Part shown: piece after piece, positions 13,831 to 26,979 of the stretch
How positions within the stretch are numbered: the first letter of the stretch is position 1
Layout of the letters: each line of letters starts with the position of its first letter
The notes under the pieces: generated by a model
The model's input: only the letters and a program-made list of their open reading frames with translations
The model's database searches: none
What the model was told of the DNA's origin: nothing
Assembly: GCA_977862235.1 (NCBI GenBank)
Contig: OZ374560.1
Span: forward strand, 2,480,001 to 2,544,000
DNA length: 64,000 bases
Origin: Dudresnaya verticillata
Taxonomy: Eukaryota
Direction of reading: 5' to 3'
Position numbers and translations under genes: made by a program

Positions 13831-14475
13831 TGTGGAAGAATGAGCCGCAGCAGAAGTGCTGGCGCACTGTAAGTCATTTATGCGCATTAAGGTGTAAGAC
13901 GCCCCCGCGCATCAAGCTGTAAGGCGCGCACAAGCGCCGTGCGCTGTAAGGGCGATGCGCCCCGCTGGCGTCCCTGCTGGCACCAACATTGATAGCAAAT
14001 TGCCATTGGCTAATTTATTGTGGCCGCTCACGCGTCCCGACGCGGTACTACCACTAATCCGTATTTATAACTGACAACAGTACAATTAGATTAATAATTA
14101 CATCTAGAATAGGTTAGAATAGCTCATAGGAGGTAAGAGCATTTTCGGCTCTGTATACTTAATAGGCCCCTGAGTAGCAGGGGCCTCCTGAATAGAACCC
14201 ACGGTGGGTTTCGGGTCTTTACCCTTTTTCTGGAATTCACGGACTCACCGTAACCTCCCTTTCAGGTGCTTTACGAGCCTTGCCTCCACAAGACGGTTGC
14301 TCTGTGCGAGCGGGGTGGCACCGCCCCTTTTGCCCCTTTTCCCTTAGGCTCTGTGCCTTTCAAAGTCTCTACCAACCCCTTTTCCCGAGCTACCTAAACT
14401 AGTGTGTTGTGAACCGTCAGGACAGCTGTCCTACCCGGTTGGCGGGTTTCTGCCTTAACGGGCCATACTACTACA
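13831..14475 (+). mobile_element. Solo LTR (645 bp) of Gypsy family A
   Basis: TGTGGAAGAATGAG...CCATACTACTACA, closely similar to the LTRs at 30079 and 42609; TSD CAATG at 13826-13830 and 14476-14480. Confidence 0.95.
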
Positions 14476-15679
14476 CAATGGTTTTCGTTCTCCCGCAAAT
14501 GTTTGATGCTTTCATGAAGTCAAAGGCTTCACTGAAAGCTTTGTTTCTGAACCATTTCTCTGAGCTGTGCACATGAGTCATTACGCGTCTTTTCCGAGAG
14601 TAGATGGGGTTAGAATGTTAGCGGGGGCTTCTCGCAATGGCGCGCAAGGAGTCGTTCCGGGTTCATGCCATAGAGTTAGCGGTAGCTGCGTGGTGTAAGT
14701 GGCTAGTTTGGGTTAGTGACATTACGGTCACATACTTGTAAACATGAATACAGCGGTTACGTAAGAATTGGTTTGCAGAAACGCGAGGTTGCCGTTGGGA
14801 TGTATATCCCCATTTGGGTGCCTCCCTTCTTCGCCATGGAGAACGGTGTTGTGTCCACGGATGGTTGTGTGCGTGCGGGGCAGGAAAGCCGTTTGTAGTA
14901 TTAGCAAGCATGGCGTCGCGGCTTAGCGTGTCGGTAGTTGTGCGTGGGGATGTGTATCATAGTGCGCTGATGGTTGTGCGGGGGCATGCTTGTGTGTGTC
15001 GACTTCGAGAAAAACTGAAGGTAAAAACGTCAACAGAAAAGAGCTCGGTCGCGCATGATGCGTGGTGTGAGCAAGCCACCAGAGAGCCCCTGCCCGCTGC
15101 AATGCAGAAACCTAATTAAAAAGCTCCGTGACAATAACACTATTTTAATTGGCTGAAACAATATTGCAATCAGCCATGTGCCGAATTTTAACTGGTGGCT
15201 GCCAGAAAACCAGCGGTGTACGCTTCCCAATTCGCCCCACCTGCCCACTGCCGACAACCGCGGTCACCGCGGGGGACCGCGGTCCCCTCCTGAAGGCCGC
15301 GGCCCACCCGGTGGCCCGCTGACCCACCCGGACCATGCATGGCAAGTGGAATTACAGTGGTTCCCCGCGTGTCTTTCTGCTTGTCACAGGCCATCACCCT
15401 TTGGTCACTGGAGTGTGACGAGCATTGCTGGTCGCCGCATCAGACAGGCGCGTGTCAGTTGGCTGCCCAATAGTTTCAATCACAGGAAGTTGGAATGATT
15501 GGTACAAAACCCGTACATGCACCCGTTCAGTTTATGAGTTCCCTGCTTTTGTATAATACATATAGATATGCGCGTACGACGTCCTTTAGAGCTGTACAAG
15601 TCTGTCCAACTTGCCTGCCCCCGGTGGCGTGCGCTTCTCAACCGTGGAGTTGCAAATGCTACCACCTAAGCCTCCTTAA

Positions 15680-16408
15680 GAGCATCTCTACCGGTTCGTT
15701 ATTCAGTAAATATATACAATGTTTTAGTATAGATAGAATTTCCCATCTCTACCGCGGCGAATCTATTCTAATCGCGTAAAATTTCAATAGAATACCCAGC
15801 CGAAAATGTCTATTGATCACCCCAATAGCGCACGCGCGTGAGGTATTCTATTGATACACAGTGCCATTCTCTGCTCCATCATTGGTTGCGCAAAGCGCGC
15901 AAAGACTGAGAGAGGTACTGTACACAGTACCGTCCATCTTCCGCCACAACCCATGCTACATCGCACACTTCGTCCCCGCTCGCCCACCTCTACCACTCAC
16001 GCACACACACCGCCAACATGGGCCGCGGGAAGAGCTGGGACATCAGCATGAGAACGAGGTCCTCGCCCGCGCCTGGATCGCTACGTCCGAGGATCCAGTC
16101 GTGGGTGCGGACCAGAAGGCCAAGCGCTTCTCCGAAGCCATGCACCGCCGCTTCATCGAGAAGGGACCACAGCCGCCGGCGGTCCCCGACGGCAAGTACG
16201 GGAACAGGCCGGTGATGCATTGTGTCGAAGTTGCTAGGGCAGGACGAGGAAGGAGCACTGTGGTCCGGATACGGTTAGAAATAAATTCAACCGGTAGAGT
16301 TTACACAGTCGTTGTATACACACCCAAATACCTATCTTCAGACCATTAGATGCACCCAATGAGCGCGGAACATATGGTGAAAAAACGCGCGTACCGGTAG
16401 AGATGCTC
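15680..16408 (+). mobile_element. Non-autonomous PIF/Harbinger DNA transposon carrying a remnant of the Myb/SANT-like ORF1
   Basis: 16-bp TIRs GAGCATCTCTACCGGT / ACCGGTAGAGATGCTC; TAA duplication at 15677-15679 and 16409-16411; internal MGRGKSW..ENEVLARAWIATSEDPVVGADQKAKRF motif typical of Harbinger ORF1. Confidence 0.9.
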
Positions 16409-17808
16409 TAAGGGGCTTCTTGTAAATCTTCTAAAGAAAGGGATATCCTCTTGATCTCCGGGCACTGGGTCGCTGCATCATTCCCGCAGTCGTAGATTGT
16501 CAGCAGATTGGAACGAGTTCGTACAGTACTGTACTACTTTTGTTGCGGCAAAGTCACGAGTGTTCGAGAGATTTCTCCGTGTCGCGCTTGCTGCAGCACG
16601 TCGCTCTGCTGCTTGGGCCCTGTTCGCTTTTCGGCATATCCATTTGCGAGAGCGGCTCGGGAACACCTTATGTTGCATCATCGTGCATACGTTATGCTAT
16701 GTTTTCTTTTTATGTGGCCACCGAGTGATGCTCCCAGAAATATCTCTCACCTGTATTGCAAGGGTAAAGTATTGCAGCCATCGTGATTCTTTGTATGGTT
16801 GTAAGCAGTGCACCGAACAGGTTATCGAAGCCCGCAGCACGGTACCGCACACATTGTAACGCGCTGGTACCAAATTGGTAAAGTACAAAAACTCTGTTGT
16901 CTGGTTAAACGCTCATAACCAACGCTCGTGTCTAACGATATAATTGCTACAGATAGACGAGTCAGAAGTAGCGTCTCTGCTGCACAGTAACTATAAAGCT
17001 GAGCGAACCTCAAAATGCTTTTTGTGAGGATGGATTTGAGGACGCTGCGTCTACCACAGAACAGAAGTTGGCTCTTCGCATGAATATACTTCTTCTTGAT
17101 AATACTGGCAGTCTGATATTCCGTTGTTCACCGGAAAGCATGCGGGGGTCACATTCTGAAGGATTCCGTGAATTCATTCGAGTAGTTACGCGCTAATTGC
17201 AGCCTCAAGCCTCGAAGCCTCGAGGATAGTGTTTATCAATAGTATCTCTTCATCATCCTTATGGCGTGATGCTTGAGGATGATGTTTGTTGATATAGCTA
17301 GCTTTACCGAGCCTGAAAGACTTTATAGTCTATAACGTTACCTCGCAGGAACAGGAGTTTGTTGCTGTATACGTGAGATGGAGACCTTTATGCATAGGAA
17401 AGACTACAGCCCCCTAAGGGGCTTACCTAAAACTCATCTGAAAGGCGACGGTGGAAGAGAAAACAGCGGTTAACAATCACCGCGACAGATTGACGTACAA
17501 GAGAGGTGAGGTGGGTGAGAAGAGATAGTTTTTCAGATATCGGCGAAGTACCCTTCATACGTGTATTCCCCCTTTTTCATCAGAAATCTTCAAGCTCATT
17601 ATGGGGCTTAGCAAGGGCTGGGCTCTAGAGGCGACGGTCTACCGGCTTACGCCAGATACCAGCCTCTGCGAACGCATTTTAGAACTAAAGAAGTGAGACC
17701 AGTAAGATGGCACAGTATGTACCCATAGCTAGCACCTGAAACAACAATAAACAATAGACATGAACTGTAGCAACTCAAAGTTAGACATTCCTCCTCCTTC
17801 GAGTGAAC

Positions 17809-20800
17809 CTATCCAAGGAAAGCATCAGATTCACGAGACTCGTGCATCGCGAGATCACAGGGTAGCTTGCCATCAAACATGAGTAGTTGTAAACTGTCTG
17901 ATACAGCAGAATCAATCTTAGTTAGAGGGTCTGCGAAGTTAAGAGTCCCTGGAATCCATGTCACCTGATTGAGCGCATGTGTTTCGAAATTGTACCTTAG
18001 TAGTGCAACATCAGCTGCAATTGACTTATCATCAGGCACTCTGCAGGTCGACATTGATGAAAATAAATCCTTAGAATCAACTGCTAGTCCCAAATGCACT
18101 GAACCTCCCAGAAGCAATGTGTATGTAGCTGCGATGACTTTTCCAGCATCAAGTGCCTCCCCTGCAGCCATAACTTCTGCAGAAGCATTAGTTTTAGCTG
18201 GGCGTCTTGATAAGTGGGATTGCCAGCTAAGTACATGAAACACAGACCCTTTTTTCAATGGGCCAATGCAAAGGCCAGCAACATATCCAAGTTGACCAAA
18301 CTCGTTAGGTCTGGCAGCATCAGAAAACATAAAAACACTTACATCATATGACCCCTTTTCTGGAGTTCTGAACTTGGTAGTAGACCCAATTCTCTGAAGT
18401 TTTCTTACTAAACTTGCTTGTCGCTGCAAATCATGTACAGTTGTGGACGACCGTCGCTGTTGCATAAAACTTGTGTACAGAGATGCAAAGGGAGAGATAT
18501 TTTGACCCAAGAATCCAAAAGACCCATTCATAGATGAGAAGGAGAAATCCTCAATTGCGTTCAATGAATCATCAACCTGCTTTCGTCTTGTTCTTGTTAA
18601 CCTGTACGGGGTGAGAGCTTCAACTTTGTCTTCAGCAGATATATGAATAACTCCATCTTCATCTTGAGTAATAGTTAGCCCAAAGAATACGAACTCTCCT
18701 GGTAAATGAACGATTGTTCCGAGCTTATATCGTTTCGATAATGCATCTATGAACGAAGACTTAGCATTTTCTTCGCCAACAATCAGAAGGTCATCGACAA
18801 CTTTGGCCACTAGTAGTACTAAAACACCATCCCTGCACATATAAAACAACTGGGGTATGTGAACGACAGATGAAAGTCCCAGATCAAGAAGTGTGGAGTC
18901 AGAGTGGTATTGCCATTTTGCATTAGCATTAACCAACCCATAACTTGCGGTCAGTAGGAGCCAGTAGAACAATCGATTGACACACTCGCGTGGTGGTATG
19001 ACATACACATCTCTTTGCGCTCTTCCAGGCTGTAGAAATGCGCTCTTAATGTCAATTTTGCTGATAAACCGAATATAACTGCAATGGACAATAATATTCT
19101 AAATCCCAACGGTGGGCATGCAGCAGAATCAGTCTTGAGTGATTTTCGCTCTCTGTCCTTATTGCCATGTGGTGCAATCCTAGCCTTGCACCTTTTCGAA
19201 CCATCATCTAGACGCTTGACCTTGTACAAGACGTGACTTGAAATTATATTCGCTCCATGCGGAACCTTAGAGATGTGAATGCATTCACAGGTTTGCAAGA
19301 AGCTTTCTTCTTCACTTCGGTATGCATTTTGTACTACAGAAGGCGGTAGACCTTTCGCATCCTTCAATAAGAACTCCTTGGTCCCAAAGCGTTCATAATA
19401 GCTGTCCAACAGAATTTTGTCTGAAGGTGTTAGCATCTGTCCTGGTTGCAGAACAATATCAGCGGCATTAGCATTTCGAGCTTGTGAGCGTGTAACCATT
19501 TGGCGTCCATCGTCATTAGCATCACCAAGGGAATTTAGTTCACGTGTGCCAACAGGACCTGGAGGTGGGTGGTATGTAAGTGCATCTGCACCAAACTGTC
19601 CATTGGGAGACATTGAGTCAGGGCTAGGGTGCACACCTTCACCTATATCCATGTAATTTCCATCTTGTACATTATTTATAGTTTTCTCATCAGCATCTAC
19701 ATCACCATTATTTGTTACATCAGTAACATTGGTCCATCCATTGTCTTCTACATCATCATTATTTCCAATACAATTTCCATCATCATCGTTTCCATCATCA
19801 TCATTTCCATCTTCTACAATCACATCAATAGCTGAATATACTGCTGAGTTACATTGATCGATAGCGGCTTGAACCATGTGGGAAAAATCAGCCTGACTGG
19901 GCAATGCGAACCGAACATCCTCGACTGCTGCTTGAACGACACGACCAGCCTTGCCAGGTACAGTAACAGTTTGAGATTTTTTTTCAAAGGAAAGAACAGG
20001 TCTTGGTAGAGTCCATTTGCCTCTTTTCTCATTGGGTTGCTTGATATAAAGTTCAACAAGAGTACCGACATCAATTGCTGCATCTTGTGAAGACTTAGAG
20101 CGTAATATTGCCGTAAGCTTGCGGCGTGCATATAAATCATCGTGTGCTTTGATTATCTCATCTGGTATAGTAATTGGAGAGTCAGTGGGAATGATAGGAC
20201 GAGTAAACCCTTTCGCTAGCTCATATGCGGAAGCTATATCATTACCATAGAGGTCATTTGATATCCTCATTGCCTGAATCACGAGTAGTCGTGCATTGGC
20301 ATTTGGGTTGGCGTGACGCAATCGCATAAATATCGACTTAATAACTCTGTGCTTGGATTCCAATGCATTTTTGCTTGGACGGCGTGGGGGAGCTGGACGA
20401 AACATAGTTCCAATAGAATTCAAATGGTTTTTGAACTCAGCCACATTGAAGGCAGGGTCTCCCTGTACAGCAGCTGGATTCCAGAACTGTGATATCCAAT
20501 TTGATTCAAGCACATTAATAGCGTTGGTCATTCCCTTAGTTTGCACGCAATCCCCAGCAGAGTACCTTGATGCAGAATCCATAATGTGGTAAACTGATTC
20601 CTGCTCAGGAAAAAATGATCAATATATACGAGCTCGTTAAATCCCCTAGAGAAATTATTCAGGGAAACAGTACGGGAGTTGACTGGAAGATCCGTCTCGT
20701 GGCAACTTCTGCAGGACTCAAGTGTCTTGGATAAATATGATGCACACTCATCTGTCCAAAGGTTGTTTCTCTGAAGCAGTGTCTTGATGTTGAAGTAGTT

Positions 20801-22319
20801 TGAATGTCCACATACATGTTTGTGGACTTTATCAATAATGGACTTCAAATCCCTCCATGACAGTGAGTGCGAATTTTCTGATGCTTCAGTAGCAGCACGC
20901 AAACTGGAGCAAACAACATTATCCTTTGCCGCCGTAAACCTTGAAAACGGCAAATAGTCCAGGAAGTCATGCTTCAATAGTGACACAGTGTCATATTGTC
21001 CGTTGCTTAACTCAGTAGGCAATTGGAGAAAACGGCCATCGATGTGTTGAACGTTGCAGTGGTTGGTAACATTTTTTCCAACAATCCATTGTGAGGACCC
21101 TTCAATAACAACATGTCGTGCCTCTAAGACAGAACCAGAGTCACTCAACAACCGTAGAACAACGGAACCAATAATTTTTCTAGTGCTGCTCGCATGAGAG
21201 CCTTGACCGTACTGCCAATAAGGTCTATCGGCAATTGATTCAGGAATCTGTTCGAGGCATTCATCCCACGAACTTAGGACGAAGGGAGCAATTTTCCTTA
21301 GTTCAACAAGCTTAATGCCAGAGTAGGGTGCACCATCGTCAAGTAATGGGCCTGGAGCACGAAGTGGAGAGGCAGTAGCACTATGAATATTGACATTGTT
21401 GAATTTCAAGGTCTTTGTCTTACCCTTGTTATCACTTTCATTGTTCCCATTCGTGCCTTTCTGCGACACAAAACATTCAGCATCACCGGCCCAATGGCCT
21501 TTCTCCTTGCACGCACGGCATTTGGAGTTCTTCTTGAAAGCAGCAAGTTCTTCAGCTGTCATATCCTTGAATGCCTTGCGTTTGACAGGGCGAGTTCTAA
21601 ATGGGCGATGGGTAGCACTATTACCCGACAATGGGGTAGTTTGTCGCAGAGAAAGCTCAGCAGGCTTGTCACATGCCCGCAAGATCGAAGAGACTTCTTC
21701 ATATTTGATCTCATTTAACATTCCATGGATCTTGTTTTGACCGTCCATGGATCTTGTTTTGACCGGGTCTCTGACGAATTTCAGAAGGTCTGGGGGCAGC
21801 AGCAGCTAGAACAGATACGCGCTGGTGAGATTCCACATTTGCATTTGCAAGCAACAGAAAGGAGGTAATAGATTCAGGCAGTCTTGCATCACCAGCTGCA
21901 GCATTGAATCTACTCAGTTTGGCATCAAACCGAGTCTCAAAGTTCTTAAATCCTTCAGAATCACCTCTCGTAGTCCCTAGCACAGACATAAATTTCTGGG
22001 ATACGTCATTGACCACTGCAAGAGGGTCGTCTTTGTGAAGAGCACGTGCTATTTCATTCGCACCATCATCCGACAGCAGCGTGTCTTCTGATATATTCTT
22101 CACAATGTCTTGAGCACGCCCAAAAAGTTGAGCTTGCAACACAATCCCTTGAAGTCCTGGAGCAATCTTATTGCTGTTGGATTCCGGTAGCTTGTCATGG
22201 AACGATTTCCACAGCCGTACAGCACGTACAAACTCTTCTTGTGGACCACGACCGTCCGTCCAAGGAGCATCCTTGAGGGACCAAGAGAACTTGGGGCGAG
22301 ATGGCAGATCTGGGCCCAT
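17809..22319 (-). pseudogene. Copia gag-pol polyprotein, frameshifted
   Basis: Zn knuckle CRACKEKGHWAGDAEC; protease LLDDGAPYS; HHCC (HKHVCGH..CRSC); integrase IDHF/MDSASRYS/QGDPAF/LESKH; RT KARIAPHG, YGL and VVDDLL; RNase H FSDA..SAEVMA..VDSKD..NFADPLTK. Frameshifts near 21740, 20590 and 19000-19070. Confidence 0.92.
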
Positions 22320-22323
22320 AACT
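22310..22323 (-). promoter_or_regulatory. Copia primer-binding site of the half-tRNA-iMet type, overlapping the gag start codon
   Basis: AGTTATGGGCCCAG lies directly after the LTR-terminal CA and resembles the GGTTATGGGCCCAG PBS of Drosophila copia; its ATG begins gag (MGPD). Confidence 0.7.
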
Positions 22324-25300
22324 TGATAATTGGTGGAAAAGGGTCTGTAGCATGCAGATCAGTAGTGAGAGGGAAAGCGTGGTACTACAGTTGAAGTGTC
22401 AAAGTAGTTTTGATTGTGGTAGTAGATGGATACCTCAGAAAGCAGAGGAGTACTTGTCGAGTCAATACTTACAGACTACAGTCCGCCACACAGAATCTAT
22501 CGGACATGATAAAGTGATGAGTATCGTCATCAACGGTATAGTCGTTCTAGTAACAACTAAAATACAATCGTAACAGTAAACTAGCAACGACTACAGTGCA
22601 AAAGATATTCGTGCCATCTAAAACGATCACAAGTAGTTCTTCAAGCCATGAACGATTCCAAATACAGAAAGCATTTCCAAGCTGTTCAAGCTTGTAGCAA
22701 CTCAAAGTTAGACAGAGGTACTCTCCAGATCACGTTGGTTCCCATTTTTACGTCAAGCCGAATGCCATACGCCTTGGAATTCAAGGTTGCCGGAAGAACA
22801 CCAGATTCATCTACAAAGATAACGACGTTGTTCTTAAGCCAGGAATAGAAGATGGCTTCGCGAGGAACCGTGTTACTTTTCAACGTGAGTTTTTTAACAA
22901 TAGTGCCCATGCTGGTCTGATTATGGCCAGGAAATCTGAAAAAGTCAGCGAACTCATGTCTCTGTGGCAAGCCGGTGTTGGTCTTGCTGAAAACATAGAG
23001 CAGGATCAAACCGTTTTCCGAGCCATCCAATTTGGAAGAAAGAGAATTTTCTCCTTAGCTCCGGCCGACTGGTACGGTATTCATGTCTACTCCGACATTT
23101 CCAACAGAAATATAGCTCTTCAATTCCTTCAAATCAAGTATTCCTCTGCCATCTACTACATATATCTCTTCTGGGTAATTATTTTCTTGACCCTCGGAGT
23201 GCGGCATACTATTTTTCTAGTGAGTTTCAATAGATTTGAGAGTATTCAGTGTGTTTCAATGCTTGGAAGACTTGTCTCAAAGATCGGTTCTGGCAACACA
23301 ATACTACTGGCAACCCTACTCACCGTTTTTGGACTGCTTTCTTCGGATCCCTTCATGTTCAGTTGTTTCGTGGGAAAGAAAAGCAATACTCAGTCTCTAG
23401 ATTACAATGCGGGATATCACTTGGTAATGGGATTGTACACTCGCTTGTGGATTGTCGGGGCAGACGTAGCCATAGGAAATGAAGAGATAGCGTGCAAAAC
23501 AAGAAACGTTCTCAACTTGCCCCCTATTGTATTAGGAGCAGTGCTGGACACATTTCATCTTCTGTCAACAGGATTCCCAGTGTTTCTACCGCTACAGTTT
23601 TTAATAGTTGGGAAGATATTGTCAATGTTTGTCAAATCTCTTCGACTACTTGACACAGATGCTCTTCACGTCAAGTTGTTAGAGCGGTACGCAAATCCTA
23701 CTTCTAGCAAGGTTATGGTATAGCATATTTCCAGGCTTGTTTCTCCTTCCTTGTCAATAACAACAGATGATCATGGCGGGCCCTTCGCCAATCAGGAACC
23801 TCACAAGCGGGAAGCTACATCACATAATCCATCGCCATGAAGTCGAACTGAGAACACATATTGACTCCAAAGTCTATTCAAAATGTGGCATTATTCTTGC
23901 CTTAGCGCTTCGTTCGAAATAGCTGCCTAACATTTCAAAGGCTGTATGAGGGATTGAGACTAAAAGCAGTGCCATAACAAGAATTCTGAACTTGACACTC
24001 CAGTATTACGTTCTATTTCTACCATGGGCATTCCGATTGACGAAACTTGCCGCTTGGGCTTCAGTGCTTTCCAAGACCCTCTGCTATCCCCGACTCAAAC
24101 ACAGCCGCATAGTACTAGTCCAGTATTAAATTTAGAGTTGATCCCGTAGTTCAATCTCTTTGTTGCTTTTTGGTCTACTTTGCTCGTCGGAACATTCATC
24201 TACCAATAGGCGCATTCCCCTGGGCCCGCAATCGCAACCATGGCGAACCCTTTAAGACGTAAAGGCAAAGCCCTCCTCTTATCTTTCCTCAGACCTTCGC
24301 GTTCGTCCTCGACCACAGGCAATATAACGGTCTGGTAATAGATCTTGCCTATAGGCCATCTCAGCCGATGCAAATGCCCCCTCAAGCTGGTCTCTTTAAA
24401 AGCTAGACAACACGTTCCGTTTCTCATCGATTCTTTTCCATGTCTTGCTCTACCACCCAGGCTCGCGAAGAAAACTAGGTTCGCGTAAGAGTCATTATCC
24501 TCGTTTTCGTGAACGCGACCGTATGAGTCCTACTCAATCGTGATGGATATTTTCCTGACGATTGGTTGTGACAGTGGTCCAGGGTTTGATTGCGTTCTCG
24601 AGTGTATTGGCAGCTTCCTCGCTATTGTAAATGGGCAAGGATCTTTACCGAGAGTTGGAAAGGATCTCTTTCCTACTGCTGAGAAAATCATCCTCTGACT
24701 TGGCTGACTTCACTGGTTGTTCAAAGTGGTCCAATATTAGCCATTCAGCGTAGACTACTTGATATCAGTACTGCATACTAATGTTCTTCATAGTCATTCT
24801 TATTCCCAGCTACAGACCTCATCTTTTACGAGCGCAACAATCCGGCCCTGTTATGTTGTTCACAGGGTCCGGACTCCCCTTGTTCTGCAGAGTCACTGGC
24901 CAGTCGCCCCCCCCCCATTCAGCCCCGACAACCACATCGCAACGACTATTTCTCCTTTGCGCAGCACTCCTAGTTAAAAGACCCCTGCCCCCATGGGCCA
25001 TGGGCCATGGGACGCAGTACACTTTTGCACTCTCGGACGGTGTGCGAGCGAGCGTACGGGCCTTCGCCTGCCCGCGCGCGGCAGCTTTGAGCAATAAAGA
25101 AATAGCCATCGGCTTTTGACACACAGTGAAGCTGGCGACTGTAATCGCGCTTCTGGTCGCGCTTCTGGTCGCGCTTCTGGGATCCTGTCATTTTGAGTAT
25201 GGGTACACTGTGTGTATGCTCATGAAGAGTGACAAGGGGAGTAGCGAGCATTTGTCGTGTGACAGACAATGACCGAGCGTCACAAACAAATACATAATGC

Positions 25301-25522
25301 AAGACATAGAACAGCACTTAGGATTATGCATTATGTAGAGAGAAGCGAAGCATTCACAACTATGCATTCTGGTTACTGAGCTCAGGACGCGGCTACATAA
25401 GGCCACTTCACAGACGATTGCCGGAGTCTCAGGCATGTCTATTTCTCGTGCTCCCACGAGAAATTCCCCCTCGACGCAGGGCGGTGGCACCTTCTAGGCA
25501 GTACGAACGAAGTACTGTGAGG

Positions 25523-26979
25523 ATGACAGAGCAAAACGACACAGGAGCAGCAGCCGCTGCTTTGCAGACGGCCTGGGCCATTGCAACACGTGAACGTCGA
25601 GATTTCGGGGCAGTGGTAACGGAGCTCAACTCCTCAAAGTTGGTAGGAGAAGGAAGCGTCTTCGAACGGGGGCCGCACGTTCCCGTTACGCATATGGGGT
25701 GTTTTAAGCCACCCACAGATGCTTTTCTATCCGAGTTGAAGGCGAAGGACCGACGGTCTGCTAAAGAATGGGAATATGTAAATGCCGCCGGAGTATGGAC
25801 TGAGCTTGGGCTTTCAGCGCTTGAGGTTGCGAAGACACACAACGGAAATGTCCAGGACCTGTCTCGGCGCTTGGCTTTAGCTGAAAAGTCTTTTATGGCC
25901 GCATTGGAAGTCCTTTCGATGCGTGCGCAGTACTTTAGGGACATTACTGAACAAGGAATGGAGACTGCGAGGCAAATGTCGTTCCTTGTTGAACAAGGTA
26001 ACGATTCAGTCTTCTTTAATTCGTACAGGAGCGCAAGAGAAGCGCTAACGTCCAAGATGGAGATATAAGCGGCTAAGCAACTAGCCAAAGCCAGGCTTGA
26101 GAAAGCCGGCACCCGACGAGGCACCGCTAGTGGACGAGGCGGGGCCGGAGATGAATAATGGGATCAAGGAAGAAGGACACAAAGGCGTTCGGGGGAGCGC
26201 CTTTGTGGAGAGGAACGTCCCTAAAAGCCGACGCGTGGCGAGCACGTCTAGGGGCGTCCGAGTACCTGGTGCGGGCTATACGGTACGGCATTCGAGATAT
26301 GCCATCAGTTCCGTTTACCACTGGGTTGGTGCTCGGGGACCTCCCCCAAACAAAGGAAGACAAGGCATTTGCCAGCAACGACCTCAACCAGGGCTGCCAG
26401 GATGGCATATACGAAGAGATATCGCCACAAGTAGCCTACATGAAGAACAAAGCAGGAAACATGATATCCTCAGCTTTCGTTATATGGCAGGGAGACGGCA
26501 CCGACCGGAAGGGCCGTTTTGTTATCACCTTCCACAGGCAAAGTCAGCATTGGCCTCGTGGAAGTATCAAGATGGAAACAGTGTCATCTTTCGCAACAGA
26601 GCTGGAAGCCGGGGACACCTTGATGTCTTGGGAAATAAAGAGTGGGTATCGACACTTCTACCTACACCCCGACATTCGGGATTATTTCATTTTCAGATAC
26701 CATGGCCGCTACTTTCGCTGTGTCGCCCTACCGTTCGGCTGGGGACGGTCCGTTCTGTGGTTCACAAAACTACTACGCCCTCTCGTCCAATACCTTCGAC
26801 AGAAGCTGCGGTATCGTATCTTAGCATACATAGACGACTTTCTCGCTGCACCGTCACCGCCTGGAAGACCAGCGACGGCCGAAGATTGTTCAAAGGCTCG
26901 CGTTGCCCTCTTAAGGCTTTTCAGAGATCTCGGCATTGTAAGGCATCCCGAAAAGGGGTGCTGGGAGGGGAGTCAGAGT
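25523..26979 (+). mobile_element. Truncated DIRS-like (tyrosine-recombinase) retrotransposon: gag-like ORF1 and 5' part of the reverse transcriptase
   Basis: ORF 26158-27045 has SSAFVIW..KGRFVI, IKMET, EIKSGYRHFYLHP, ALPFGWGRS and AYIDDFL; the upstream ORF1 has a premature TAA at 26066; the sequence switches to Gypsy family A at 26980. Confidence 0.75.

Larger units (their letters stand above)
17766..22714 (-). mobile_element. Ty1/Copia LTR retrotransposon, degenerate (5' LTR candidate 22324-22714; only 22 bp of a matching 3' LTR, 17766-17787)
   Basis: gag-PR-IN-RT-RH order; PBS-like AGTTATGGGCCCAG after ...TATCA; PPT GAAGGAGGAGGAA (17788-17800) followed by TGTCTAACTTTGAGTTGCTACA, which also opens the 5' LTR at 22714. 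Confidence 0.8.

Noticed and set aside
14150..14200. LTR hairpin as a hammerhead ribozyme
   Set aside because: No CUGANGA/GAAA core in the required arrangement.
17766..17787. 22-bp TG...CA repeat as a genuine micro-LTR pair
   Set aside because: The flanks (TGAAC vs GAGGT) give no TSD, and the PBS is about 370 bp away from the upstream copy.
22923..24427. ORFs 22923-23723 (+), 22686-23030 (-) and 24200-24427 (-)
   Set aside because: No recognisable motifs; probably decayed sequence.
25429..26124. 231-aa minus-strand ORF
   Set aside because: Antisense shadow of the DIRS-like ORF1.
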